Source: Candidatus Omnitrophota bacterium (GTDB taxonomy: Bacteria > Omnitrophota > Gorgyraeia > Gygaellales > Profunditerraquicolaceae). Taken from it: a DNA stretch of 64,000 nt. Made by a program: the position numbers and the translations under genes. The stretch covers positions 71,903 to 135,902 of the forward strand of contig JAUSED010000003.1 in the NCBI GenBank assembly GCA_030650425.1. The letters run 5' to 3'. The first letter of the stretch is position 1; the number at the start of each line of letters is the position of its first letter. This document shows positions 38,052-47,716 of the stretch, piece by piece. The notes below the pieces were generated by a model that saw only the letters and a program-made list of their open reading frames with translations, was not told where the DNA came from and did no database searches.

Positions 38052-38971
38052 TGATGAAAATTATAATTATCCTGCAATTAGCTTTTTTTATCGCAGCCGC
38101 TCCTTTACTCAACGGCCTGATTACCAAAATAAAGAATAATCTTAGGCTGCGCAAGGGGCAAAGTATTTTCCAGCCGTATTATAATTTAGCTAAACTTTTT
38201 GCCAAGGGAGAGGTGGTTTCGGAAACCGCCTCTTGGATCTTCAAAGTTGCTCCTTGGGTAGTATTTTCTGCCACGCTTAGCGCGGCGTTACTCATTCCTG
38301 TATTTATATTCGCCAGTCCGGCACATCGCCTAGGCGATTTTTTGGCCTTAATTTTTATTTTTGCTTTAGCGCGCTTCTTTTTGGCGCTTGCGGCATTGGA
38401 TACCGGAAGTTCTTTTGGCGGGATGGGTTCATCAAGGGAGATGTTTATTTCCGGCTTGGCTGAGCCGGCGCTTTGTTTAGTCATCTTTAGCCTGTCTTTG
38501 CAATTCGGTTCAACGGATATTTCGGCGTTTAGCGGGATGCATAGGGTATCGGTTTCTTCCGTGGTGGCCGCGTTGGCATTATTCCTGGTGACCCTCGCGG
38601 AGACCTCGCGTATCCCGGTTGATAATCAGGAGACGCATCTGGAACTAACCATGGCGCATGAGGCAATGGTTTTGGAATATTCCGGCCCTTCTTTAGCCTT
38701 ACTCGAGTGGTCTGCCCACATTAAACAGATGATTTTCTTTTTCTTGATCGCTCAGATTGTTTTTCCGATTAGCCTGCCGTTTCTCGGGAGCTTAGTTCAA
38801 ACCTCTGTTTGGGTTATATGCTATTTAGCCAGAATAATGGTTATCGCTGTGATCGTAGCACTGGTCGAGGTTTCCGTAGCCAAAATGAGGTTGTTCAGGG
38901 TAGCGGATTTTCTGGGGTTTGCCTTTGTTTTAGGGGTGATTGCCAGCGTATGCGCTATACTAGGAGTTTAA
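38051..38971 (+). CDS. EhrB-like membrane subunit (NuoH/HycD family)
   Basis: 'RLRKGQSIFQPYYNLAKLF' NuoH-family N-terminal block; 8 TM. Confidence 0.7.
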   Translation: MMKIIIILQLAFFIAAAPLLNGLITKIKNNLRLRKGQSIFQPYYNLAKLFAKGEVVSETASWIFKVAPWVVFSATLSAALLIPVFIFASPAHRLGDFLALIFIFALARFFLALAALDTGSSFGGMGSSREMFISGLAEPALCLVIFSLSLQFGSTDISAFSGMHRVSVSSVVAALALFLVTLAETSRIPVDNQETHLELTMAHEAMVLEYSGPSLALLEWSAHIKQMIFFFLIAQIVFPISLPFLGSLVQTSVWVICYLARIMVIAVIVALVEVSVAKMRLFRVADFLGFAFVLGVIASVCAILGV

Positions 38972-38972
38972 T

Positions 38973-39608
38973 ATGCAAGGAATAATTTTATTCGCGGTTT
39001 TAGCTTCAACTTACCTTATGCTGATCGCTAAAAGGATGCCGGCCTTGATCCGGAGTTTTCGTTATCAATCATTTTGTTTATTCCTGGCGACCTTGCTCAT
39101 CGCGTTGAGTGAGCGCCAATTAGATTTGTATATTATTTCCGGCCTGTTATTTATTTTAAAAGTTTTGCTGATCCCGCAGTTATTGTACCGGATCTTAAGA
39201 AGGACGAATACAAAGGAAGATTTAGGGTTATTTATTAATCCCCAACTTTCTTTATTGTTGGCTTTGGTTTTTAGTTATTTATCATGGATCTTTGCCGCGC
39301 ATCTGGTTACTCCGGTTAAAGAAATCCAGATTAGTATCCTTGCCGTTACTTTTTTTATAATTTTAGCCGGGATATTTTTAATGATTTTCAGGATGACCGC
39401 GCTGGCCCAGATTACCGGGCTATTGGTGATGGAGAATGGCCTATTTCTGCTGGCTTCAGCGGTCTCGGGCGGAATGCCATTTTTCGTAGAGATCGCCATA
39501 TTCTTTGATGTGTTTATGAGCGTCTTGATTATGGGTTTTTTTGTCTATAAGATCAGCAAGCTATTTACACATATTGACGTGAATAAACTCTCGCGTCTAA
39601 GAGGATAA
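38973..39608 (+). CDS. EhrC-like small membrane subunit (HyfE family)
   Basis: 211-aa polytopic membrane protein in the conserved position. Confidence 0.5.
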   Translation: MQGIILFAVLASTYLMLIAKRMPALIRSFRYQSFCLFLATLLIALSERQLDLYIISGLLFILKVLLIPQLLYRILRRTNTKEDLGLFINPQLSLLLALVFSYLSWIFAAHLVTPVKEIQISILAVTFFIILAGIFLMIFRMTALAQITGLLVMENGLFLLASAVSGGMPFFVEIAIFFDVFMSVLIMGFFVYKISKLFTHIDVNKLSRLRG

Positions 39609-39612
39609 CCTG

Positions 39613-41070
39613 ATGCAGATATTTATCATTCTCGGAATACCAATTTTTCTTTCGCTGGGAGCGTTTATTTTCGGGAAGAAACGGTTTTTTGGGATAATTA
39701 ATTGCAGCGGCTATCTGGCAATCTTGTGCTGCAGCCTGATTTTATTTAAAGAAACGGTGTTTACCGGAAAGACTAAAGAGTTTTTTGGCTTTATCTATCT
39801 GGATGCCTTAAGCGCATTTTTTATTCTGGTTATTTCAGTGGTAGCTTTTGCTGCCGCGCTTTATTCCATCGGTTACATCCGAAAGGATATTCAACGAGGA
39901 GTTATAACTGAGAGCAAAGCGAGGGTTTATTATCTTTTTTTCAATCTTTTCTGTCTCTCGATGTTTTTTGTCCCCGCGCTGGATAACTTGGGTATGCTTT
40001 GGGTGGCTGTTGAAATGACCACGCTTATCTCGGCATTCCTGGTAGGGTTTTATAATTCCAAGGAATCCGTCGAGGCAGCCTGGAAATATATCATTATCTG
40101 CTCGGTGGGGATAATTTTCGCGCTTTTAGGTACGATTCTTTTTTCCTACGCCTTTTCCATCTCCGGATTAACGAAAAGCCTGAATTGGTCCGAGATTACC
40201 CCGGTCGCGCATATCTTGGATAAAAATATCCTGAAAGTAGCGTTTATCTTTATTCTCGTTGGATACGGGACTAAGGCGGGCCTTGCGCCGATGCATACCT
40301 GGCTGCCGGACGCCCACAGCCAAGCCGTTGCTCCGATTAGCGCGCTTCTCTCCGGGGTATTGCTCAAGACAGCTATTTACGCCATTTTAAGGTTCGGCAT
40401 AATTATTATTAAGAGCGTAGGCTTCGCGTATTTCGCGCATTTGATGATTCTCTTTGGCGCGATTTCATTGGTTATCTCAAGCGGTTTTATCCTGGTTCAG
40501 AAAGACTTGAAGCGGCTCCTGGCTTACAGCAGCATCGAGCATATCGGCATCATCGCAATCGGTTTTGGCCTGGGTTCGCCTTTAGCTATCGCCGGAGCAC
40601 TACTGCATATTTTTAACCACGCGGTAACCAAATCACTGATGTTTTTTGGCGCGGGTAATATTGTCAGCGCTTATAAAAAACATAATATGCACGCTATCCG
40701 GGGAGTAATTAAGGCCTTGCCTTTTACGGGGATGATGCTGCTTTTAGGGTGTTTCGCGCTTACCGGCTTTCCGCCATTCTCCATATTTATAAGCGAGATA
40801 ATGATTATCATCGCTGCTTTTACCAACGGCGCGTATTTTATCGGCGCTTTGTTGTTATTATTGCTTGCGGTAATTTTTGGAGCGTTCATTTATCATTTCG
40901 GAAGAATGCTTTTTGGCAATCTTCCTAAAAGTATGTCTGCGGCAGGGGAGCCGTTCAGCGGAAAGTTGGCGTTTTTGTTTTTACTCTTTTTGATCTGCGC
41001 TTTAGGGATAAGCTTGCCATTTATGAATAAGGATACGCTATGGATATTCCAACAGTTATTGCACGGATAA
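39613..41070 (+). CDS. EhrD-like antiporter-type membrane subunit (NuoM/N / HyfF family)
   Basis: 'GTKAGLAPMHTWLPDAHSQA' conserved antiporter motif. Confidence 0.7.
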   Translation: MQIFIILGIPIFLSLGAFIFGKKRFFGIINCSGYLAILCCSLILFKETVFTGKTKEFFGFIYLDALSAFFILVISVVAFAAALYSIGYIRKDIQRGVITESKARVYYLFFNLFCLSMFFVPALDNLGMLWVAVEMTTLISAFLVGFYNSKESVEAAWKYIIICSVGIIFALLGTILFSYAFSISGLTKSLNWSEITPVAHILDKNILKVAFIFILVGYGTKAGLAPMHTWLPDAHSQAVAPISALLSGVLLKTAIYAILRFGIIIIKSVGFAYFAHLMILFGAISLVISSGFILVQKDLKRLLAYSSIEHIGIIAIGFGLGSPLAIAGALLHIFNHAVTKSLMFFGAGNIVSAYKKHNMHAIRGVIKALPFTGMMLLLGCFALTGFPPFSIFISEIMIIIAAFTNGAYFIGALLLLLLAVIFGAFIYHFGRMLFGNLPKSMSAAGEPFSGKLAFLFLLFLICALGISLPFMNKDTLWIFQQLLHG

Positions 41071-42617
41071 GAAATAATTTTCCGGAGTTTAGCGAGCTTG
41101 CTAGCGCGCAAAACTATGCGGATGAGCTTAATATTAAGGTAAGTCCTCAGGATTTCAAGCATACCTGTCTTGCCTTGCATAAAATCCTTCCTTCTCCGGT
41201 GATGATGCTTTTTGCCCAGGATGAGCGCGCAGGTGAAGGGATTTTTAGGATTAATTCCGTATTCGTGGATTTTAAAAACAAAGAGTGGGTTATGGTGAGT
41301 ATGGATATCCCGCCGGAAAATCCATGTTTTGATTCTTTGGCCAAGAGCATCTATTCGGCCAGCCTTTTTGAAAGGGAGATTTGGGAGATGTTCGGCGTTG
41401 AACCAAAAGGCCATCCTGATCTCAGGAGATTGAGGCTGCATGATGAAGTTTGGCCAAAGGGGAATTATCCGTTACGCAAAGATTTCCAAAAAGTAGAGCC
41501 CGGGGACTTGAGCGATTATAAATTCAGCAGGGTAGAGGGAGAAGGGATATTTGAAGTTCCGGTTGGGCCTGTGCACGCCGGGATCATCGGCCCCGGGCAT
41601 TTCCGTTTTAGCGTTGCCGGAGAGCCGATTATTAGCTTAGAAACAAGGCTGGGGTTTAGCCATCGGGGAGTGGAAAAAATTTTTGAAGGAAAATCTTGTT
41701 TAGAGGCGGTTAGAATTTCAGAATGTGTTTCCGGTGATGCTTCTTTCGCGCATAGCCTGGCGTTTACTCAGGCGGCTGAGAAGATTTTCGGGATACAAAT
41801 ACCCGCGGCCGCGGCTTATTCAAGGGCTATCTTTTTAGAGCTTGAGCGGATGTATAATCATGTGAATGATCTCGGTGGAATAGCGCTGGATGCGGGTTTT
41901 AGCTTTCCGGCTGCCTACGCCTCGGTGATCAAGGAGGTGATTCTGCAACTAAACGCCCGGCTTAGCGGGAGCAGGTACCTTAGAAAAATTAACGCCATAG
42001 GCGGAATTTCAATTGGCCTAGACGAAACCAAAAAGCAGATGCTTCTTAGTTCCCTTAAAGAGCTAAAACGTGATTTTAAGGAGTTAGTTAAAATTTTGTA
42101 TTCCAGTGTTTCTTTCATGGACAGGATAGATACTACCGGTGTTTTACGCAAGAAGACCGCCGAAGATTTGGGGGTAACCGGCCTGGTTGCCCGCGCTTCG
42201 GGGATTCCCACGGATTTAAGGAAATATTTCCCCGGGGTATATAAAGAAGCTAAATTTAGAATGGCGATACAGGAATCCGGGGATGTTTTGGCACGTTTAC
42301 GCGTAAGGATTTTTGAATTTGAAGAATCATGCCGGCTGATTGAAGAATTTTCCGGAAAGCTGATTAAGGGTGAGGAGATTAAAGTTAACGCGGAGCTAAA
42401 GGGAGGAAGCGCCTTAGGTTATACAGAAGGATGGCGAGGCCCGGTTTTATATTGGCTTAAAACAGATACTAGAGGTTTAGTCACCAGGTGTAAGATTGTC
42501 GATCCATCTTTCCTTAACTGGCAGGGGCTTTCCTACGCAGTGTTGGGAAACATCATCCCTGATTTTCCGCTCTGTAATAAAAGCTTTGATTTGTCATATT
42601 CAGGGAATGATCTTTAA
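41040..42617 (+). CDS. EhrL-like fused NuoC-NuoD / hydrogenase large subunit homolog LACKING the [NiFe] cysteine ligands
   Basis: NuoC block 'FEREIWEMFGV'; L1 region 'RISECVSGDASFAHS' instead of RxCGxCxxxH; C-terminus 'VDPSFLNWQG' instead of DPCxxCxxH/R. Confidence 0.75.
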   Translation: MDIPTVIARIRNNFPEFSELASAQNYADELNIKVSPQDFKHTCLALHKILPSPVMMLFAQDERAGEGIFRINSVFVDFKNKEWVMVSMDIPPENPCFDSLAKSIYSASLFEREIWEMFGVEPKGHPDLRRLRLHDEVWPKGNYPLRKDFQKVEPGDLSDYKFSRVEGEGIFEVPVGPVHAGIIGPGHFRFSVAGEPIISLETRLGFSHRGVEKIFEGKSCLEAVRISECVSGDASFAHSLAFTQAAEKIFGIQIPAAAAYSRAIFLELERMYNHVNDLGGIALDAGFSFPAAYASVIKEVILQLNARLSGSRYLRKINAIGGISIGLDETKKQMLLSSLKELKRDFKELVKILYSSVSFMDRIDTTGVLRKKTAEDLGVTGLVARASGIPTDLRKYFPGVYKEAKFRMAIQESGDVLARLRVRIFEFEESCRLIEEFSGKLIKGEEIKVNAELKGGSALGYTEGWRGPVLYWLKTDTRGLVTRCKIVDPSFLNWQGLSYAVLGNIIPDFPLCNKSFDLSYSGNDL

Positions 42618-42620
42618 ATT

Positions 42621-43130
42621 ATGATAGATATACTAAAGAATAGAATTTTAAAAGGCATCGTTACCCGGCAGATTGAGCCGGAATTAGCGCAAGAGATAGA
42701 GGCGGTTGGCGCGGAATTAAGATCCCTGATTCAGCAAAGATTCGGCAGGTCTTTACATCTACGCGAAGTAGACACTGGTTCCTGCGCTGCCTGTGAATCG
42801 GAGATCATCGCGGCGAATAATCCTATTTACGACCTGCAGCGCTTCGGAATAAATTTCACCGCTTCTCCCCGCCACGCCGACGCGCTCTTAGTTACCGGCC
42901 CGGTCTCGAAAAATATGCTCGCGGCTTTAAAAAAGACTTACGCGGCTATGCCTGAACCCAAATTTGTGGTTACTTGCGGAGATTGCGCGCTGGATGGCGG
43001 TTCATTCAAAGATTCTTATTATGTCGAAGGAGGGGTAAAAAAAATATTACCGGTTGTTTTGCATATCCCCGGATGCCCTCCCAGCCCGCTGGTGATCATT
43101 AAAACATTGTTAGCCTTTTTGGTGGCCTAG
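42621..43130 (+). CDS. EhrS-like small subunit (NuoB / hydrogenase small subunit homolog, N2-type [4Fe-4S] cysteines retained)
   Basis: 'GSCAACESE', 'TCGDCALDGG', 'IPGCPP'. Confidence 0.75.
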   Translation: MIDILKNRILKGIVTRQIEPELAQEIEAVGAELRSLIQQRFGRSLHLREVDTGSCAACESEIIAANNPIYDLQRFGINFTASPRHADALLVTGPVSKNMLAALKKTYAAMPEPKFVVTCGDCALDGGSFKDSYYVEGGVKKILPVVLHIPGCPPSPLVIIKTLLAFLVA

Positions 43131-43157
43131 CCTGCCGCTTGTGCTATAATTATTAAA

Positions 43158-44228
43158 ATGAAGAAGAGAGTAGTAGTCGGGATGAGCGGAGGAGTGGATT
43201 CTTCAGTAGCCGCTGCTTTATTAAAGGCAAAAGGCTATGAAGTGATTGGGGTTACTATGTGTTTTAACCTTGCTTCTTCCAGCCGTAAGAAGATTGGTTG
43301 TTGCAGCCTGCAAGGGATAGAGGACGCCCGGCGCGTAGCGCACAAATTAGGGATTAGGCATTATGTCCTGAATATGCAAAAAGCGCTGGAAGAGAAGGTA
43401 ATCAAAAATTTCTGTGAAGAATACCTCGCGGGCCGCACGCCTAATCCCTGTGTGCTTTGCAACCAGTACCTCAAATTCGGAGACTTACTGGGTAAAGCCC
43501 GCCTTTTAGACGCGGAATTTTTAGCTACCGGGCATTATGCCAGAATAGCCAAGACCCGGCAGGGTTTTTTATTAGCCAAGGCCAAAGACGCCAAGAAGGA
43601 CCAGTCTTATTTTTTATACCGGCTTAAACAAACCCAACTTAAACAGATAATTTTTCCTCTGGGGAATTATACCAAAGAAGAGGTGAGGGGTTTAGCCCGG
43701 AAATTTAAATTACCGGTTGCCGAAAAAAAAGCCAGTCAGGAGATTTGTTTTCTGCCTAATGATGATTATCGCGCGTTTTTAAAAGCAAGGATCGGCAAAG
43801 ATATACTTCCCGGCCCGGTAATCGATTCCGAGGGAAATATAGCCGGCCAGCATAAGGGAATCGCCTATTATACCATTGGCCAGCGTGAGGGCCTGGGAAT
43901 AGCTAAAGGCTATCCGGTTTATATCACCAGAATTGCGCCTAAGAGTAACACAATTTTTATCGGTTCTCAAAACGAAGCCCTGAAACGGGAATTCTTAGTC
44001 AAAGATCTGTATTTTAGTTTAAAAACCCCGCTAAAAAAGAAGATTGCCTTGAAGGTGAAGATAAGGTATAATCATCAAGAAAGTAACGCCGAGATTTATC
44101 CCTTCGCTAGCCAAGCCAAGATTATCTTTAAAAAAACGCAGTTCGCTATAACTCCGGGACAGTCAGCAGTTTTCTATTCGCAGGGGAGGGTCTTAGGCGG
44201 GGCGATTATCGATCAGGTTATAGGATAG
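43158..44228 (+). CDS. mnmA: tRNA-specific 2-thiouridylase
   Basis: 'VVGMSGGVDSSVAA' PP-loop; 'NPCVLCNQYLKFGDLL'; extended -10 'TGcTATAAT' upstream. Confidence 0.9.
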   Translation: MKKRVVVGMSGGVDSSVAAALLKAKGYEVIGVTMCFNLASSSRKKIGCCSLQGIEDARRVAHKLGIRHYVLNMQKALEEKVIKNFCEEYLAGRTPNPCVLCNQYLKFGDLLGKARLLDAEFLATGHYARIAKTRQGFLLAKAKDAKKDQSYFLYRLKQTQLKQIIFPLGNYTKEEVRGLARKFKLPVAEKKASQEICFLPNDDYRAFLKARIGKDILPGPVIDSEGNIAGQHKGIAYYTIGQREGLGIAKGYPVYITRIAPKSNTIFIGSQNEALKREFLVKDLYFSLKTPLKKKIALKVKIRYNHQESNAEIYPFASQAKIIFKKTQFAITPGQSAVFYSQGRVLGGAIIDQVIG

Positions 44229-44264
44229 AATACTACGTTAAGGATATAGATAAGAGTAAATAGA

Positions 44265-45182
44265 ATGACTAAAGAGGTTTCCAGCTTAGAGAATAGGATT
44301 AAAGAGCTTAAGAAGCAACGCAACGCCGTGATCCTGGCGCATAATTATCAGCTGCCTGAGGTTCAAGATGTGGCGGATTTTCGTGGTGATTCTTTGGAAT
44401 TATCCCGCGCTGCCGCCAAAACTGAGGCCAAGGTGATTGTTTTTTGCGGGGTTTATTTTATGGCGGAAACCGCGTCCATACTCTCTCCCCATAAAACAGT
44501 AATTATGCCGGATACCAACGCCGGATGTCCGATGGCCAATATGCTTAGCGCCGAGGAATTAAGAAAACTTAAAAGCGAACACCCGCAGGCCGTGGTCGTC
44601 GGTTATGTAAATTCCTCGGCCCAAGTCAAGGCAGAGCTGGATTATTGTTGTACTTCCACCAATGCCGTCGCGGTGGTCAATTATTTAAAAGATCAAGAAG
44701 AGATTATCTTTGTTCCGGATAAATATTTAGCGGACTATGTCTCCAAGCAGACGGGAAGGAAGCTGATTATCTGGAACGGTTTTTGTCCCACACACACCAA
44801 GATTCTTCCTGAAGACCTAAGGCGCGAAAAAAAGTTCCATCCTTTTGCCAAGGTGATCGTGCATCCAGAATGCCTGCCGCAGGTGGTGGCGATGGCGGAC
44901 GCGGTTTTATCGACCAGTCAGATGGCTAAATTTGCTAAAGAGACCGAAGCCAAAGAGATGATTGTCGGTACAGAAGTGGGGTTGATTTACCGCCTGAAAA
45001 AAGACAACCCCGGAAAAGAATTTTATCCGGCTTCTGAACGCGCGGTCTGCCCAAATATGAAACGCACGACCCAAGAGAAGATACTTTGGGCGCTGGAAGA
45101 GTTAAAAGAGGAAGTTAAGGTCCCTGATCATATCCGGCTACGCGCTAAAAAAGCAATAGACAGAATGCTTGAAATAGTCTAG
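44265..45182 (+). CDS. nadA: Quinolinate synthase A
   Basis: NadA blocks 'AHNYQLPEVQDVAD', 'GVYFMAET', 'IVHPEC'. Confidence 0.85.
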   Translation: MTKEVSSLENRIKELKKQRNAVILAHNYQLPEVQDVADFRGDSLELSRAAAKTEAKVIVFCGVYFMAETASILSPHKTVIMPDTNAGCPMANMLSAEELRKLKSEHPQAVVVGYVNSSAQVKAELDYCCTSTNAVAVVNYLKDQEEIIFVPDKYLADYVSKQTGRKLIIWNGFCPTHTKILPEDLRREKKFHPFAKVIVHPECLPQVVAMADAVLSTSQMAKFAKETEAKEMIVGTEVGLIYRLKKDNPGKEFYPASERAVCPNMKRTTQEKILWALEELKEEVKVPDHIRLRAKKAIDRMLEIV

Positions 45183-45257
45183 TAATGATGGTTGTATTAG
45201 AGTTACCGTAGCGGACACTTAAGTGTCCGCTACCGGAACTGATTGGATTAGAGGCTA

Positions 45258-45851
45258 GTGAATATTCCGATAATTTACGAAGACGAGTGGCTTTTGGTAG
45301 CAGATAAGCCCTCCGGCCTTTTAACCGTACCTACACCTAAAAATGAAAAACGCACGCTTACCAGTATTTTAAACTTATATCCTTGTCACCGGCTCGACCG
45401 GGAGACTTCCGGTTTGATCATTTACGCGAAAGATAAAGAGACGCAAGCGAAGATGATGGATGAATTCCGGGCCAGAAGAGTAAAGAAAACCTATATTGCT
45501 TTTGTGCGGGGAGAGCCTTCTAAAAATCAAGGAGAGATTAAAAATAAGATCGAAGGTTTAAACGCCCAAACTCGTTACAAAGTTATTGAAAAAAGGGAAG
45601 ATTTTGCTATTCTAGAAGTTAACCCCCTGACCGGCAGGACTAACCAGATCAGGATTCACTTGAAAGAGATCGGGCATCCGATTTTAGGCGAAAGCAAATA
45701 TGCCTTTCGTCGGGATTTTAAGATTAAAGCCAAACGGCTGATGTTGCAGGCTGCGGGCTTGGAATTTAAGCATCCGGTAACCGGTAGGCAGCTTTGTTTA
45801 AGGCTGGATTTAGCGGATGGTCTAAAGAAGTTCTTGGAGAGTCATGACTGA
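45258..45851 (+). CDS. RluA-family pseudouridine synthase (GTG start)
   Basis: 'HRLDRETSGLIIYAK' catalytic Asp motif. Confidence 0.8.
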   Translation: MNIPIIYEDEWLLVADKPSGLLTVPTPKNEKRTLTSILNLYPCHRLDRETSGLIIYAKDKETQAKMMDEFRARRVKKTYIAFVRGEPSKNQGEIKNKIEGLNAQTRYKVIEKREDFAILEVNPLTGRTNQIRIHLKEIGHPILGESKYAFRRDFKIKAKRLMLQAAGLEFKHPVTGRQLCLRLDLADGLKKFLESHD

Positions 45852-46338
45852 GATTGCCAATTTAATTTTTATTTTTGGCGCGAAATATTTGTATCTAATC
45901 GTAATGATCATTTCTTTTATTTGGTTCTTAAGCCAGCCCAAGCCCCGGAGGAGAGAGATTCTAATGATTACTTGTATCTGTCTTCCGCTCATGCTGATTA
46001 TCTTCGGGATTGCCAGCCATCTTTATTATAACCCCCGGCCGTTCGTTTTAGGGCATTTCCAACCTTTAATAGCCCACAAGGCGGATAATGGTTTTCCTTC
46101 ACACCATATGCTGTTAACTTCGGCTATCGCGGCTATAATTTTTGTTTTTGACCGGCGCACCAGCCTTATTCTCTGGGTTTTGGCATTATTGGCAGGCTTC
46201 TCCAGAGTATATGCCGGCGTGCATCATACAATTGATATTACCGGGAGTTTATTAATTGCGATTATTTCGGTAAGCTTAGCCTGGTTTTTTGTAAAGAACT
46301 TAAAGAACCGTAAACCACGTATCTTTCAGGAGGGATAA
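45844..46338 (+). CDS. PAP2-family membrane phosphatase
   Basis: 'KADNGFPSHH' and 'SRVYAGVHHTIDI' PAP2 motifs. Confidence 0.75.
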   Translation: MTEIANLIFIFGAKYLYLIVMIISFIWFLSQPKPRRREILMITCICLPLMLIIFGIASHLYYNPRPFVLGHFQPLIAHKADNGFPSHHMLLTSAIAAIIFVFDRRTSLILWVLALLAGFSRVYAGVHHTIDITGSLLIAIISVSLAWFFVKNLKNRKPRIFQEG

Positions 46339-46342
46339 GAGG

Positions 46343-47245
46343 GTGAGCATACTTGTCTTGGGGACTGTTGCATTGGATAATGTCAGGACGCCGTATGGAG
46401 CAAGGAGAAAAATGCTTGGCGGTTCAGCCGCGCATTTTTCCATGGCCGCGCGGCTATTCACCAAGGTAAACCTTGTCGCTATCGTAGGCAAAGATTTTCC
46501 CCAAAAAAATATAGATTTTTTGGAAGCTAAAGGCATCAATCTTACCGCGCTGATCCGCGAGCCCTCCGGAAAGACCTTTCAGTGGTCAGGGGAGTATAAA
46601 GGCGATTTAAATACCGCGATTACCCTGAATACCGAATTAGGCGTGCTCAGTTCGTTCCAGCCACAGGTTTCCGACGAGCAGAAGGAGATAGAATATCTCT
46701 TTTTGGCTAATGTCGATCCGGATATACAGCGGCATCTCTTAAGCCACATGCAATCGCCTAAACTCGTTGCTTTGGATAGTATGAATTACTGGATAAATAA
46801 TAAGCGTAAATCACTTTTAGGTTTATTAAAAGAGGTGCATATCTATGTGGCTAATGATCAGGAGGCGCGCTCTTTATCCGGCGAACACAACTTAATTAAG
46901 GCGGCCAAGCGTCTGCGTTCTTTCGGCCCCAAAATGGTTCTGATCAAAAAAGGCGAGCACGGAGTTTTATTTTATAGCGATAAATTCATTTTTTCCCTTC
47001 CGGCGTACCCGGCGGATAAAGTGATCGATCCTACCGGAGCAGGCGATACCTTTGCCGGCGCCTTTATGGGTTATTTAGCTAAATCTAAGGCTATAAATAT
47101 GCTCAACATAAAAAAAGCTATTACCTTTGGCACAATAGCCGCCTCATTTAATATCGAAGGTTTTGGCTTGGAAAGAACTGCCAAGCTTACGCTGAAAGAT
47201 TTGAATAAACGAGTAACCGAATTCAAGAAGTGTATTTTATTATAA
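46343..47245 (+). CDS. PfkB/ribokinase-family carbohydrate kinase (GTG start)
   Basis: 'DPTGAGDTFAGAF' PfkB signature 2. Confidence 0.75.
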   Translation: MSILVLGTVALDNVRTPYGARRKMLGGSAAHFSMAARLFTKVNLVAIVGKDFPQKNIDFLEAKGINLTALIREPSGKTFQWSGEYKGDLNTAITLNTELGVLSSFQPQVSDEQKEIEYLFLANVDPDIQRHLLSHMQSPKLVALDSMNYWINNKRKSLLGLLKEVHIYVANDQEARSLSGEHNLIKAAKRLRSFGPKMVLIKKGEHGVLFYSDKFIFSLPAYPADKVIDPTGAGDTFAGAFMGYLAKSKAINMLNIKKAITFGTIAASFNIEGFGLERTAKLTLKDLNKRVTEFKKCILL

Positions 47246-47256
47246 GGAGGGGACTG

Positions 47257-47703
47257 ATGCTGGAAGCTAAAATTCTTAGTGATTATAAAGAAGCGATGAA
47301 ATCAAGGGATTCACTAAAGAGTTCGGTGTTAAGTTTTTTAAGGGCGGACTTGATGAATGCCGCCATCGCTAAGAAGAAGAACGCGCTCGATGACAGCGAG
47401 ACAATCGCCGTAATTAAAAAACAGGTCAAGCAGCGCCAGGATTCTATTGAACAGTTTACCAAAGGCGCCCGCCCGGAGATGGCTGAAAAAGAGAAGCAGG
47501 AATTGGAAATATTAAAAACCTATCTTCCTGCTGAGATGTCTAGCGATGAAATTAAAAAAATAATTGAAGAGGTTGCCGTTGCGGCCGGCGCAGGCGGCTT
47601 GAAAGATATGGGTAAGGTGATGAAAGAGGTTAATCTAAAAATAGCCGGTAAGGCAGATGGTAAATTAGTCAGTGAATTGGTAAGAGAGAGGCTTGGTAAA
47701 TAG
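47257..47703 (+). CDS. GatB/YqeY domain protein
   Basis: YqeY-family pattern; SD AAGGAGGGG; start trimmed from 47230. Confidence 0.7.
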   Translation: MLEAKILSDYKEAMKSRDSLKSSVLSFLRADLMNAAIAKKKNALDDSETIAVIKKQVKQRQDSIEQFTKGARPEMAEKEKQELEILKTYLPAEMSSDEIKKIIEEVAVAAGAGGLKDMGKVMKEVNLKIAGKADGKLVSELVRERLGK

Positions 47704-47716
47704 GGAAAGTAATTGA

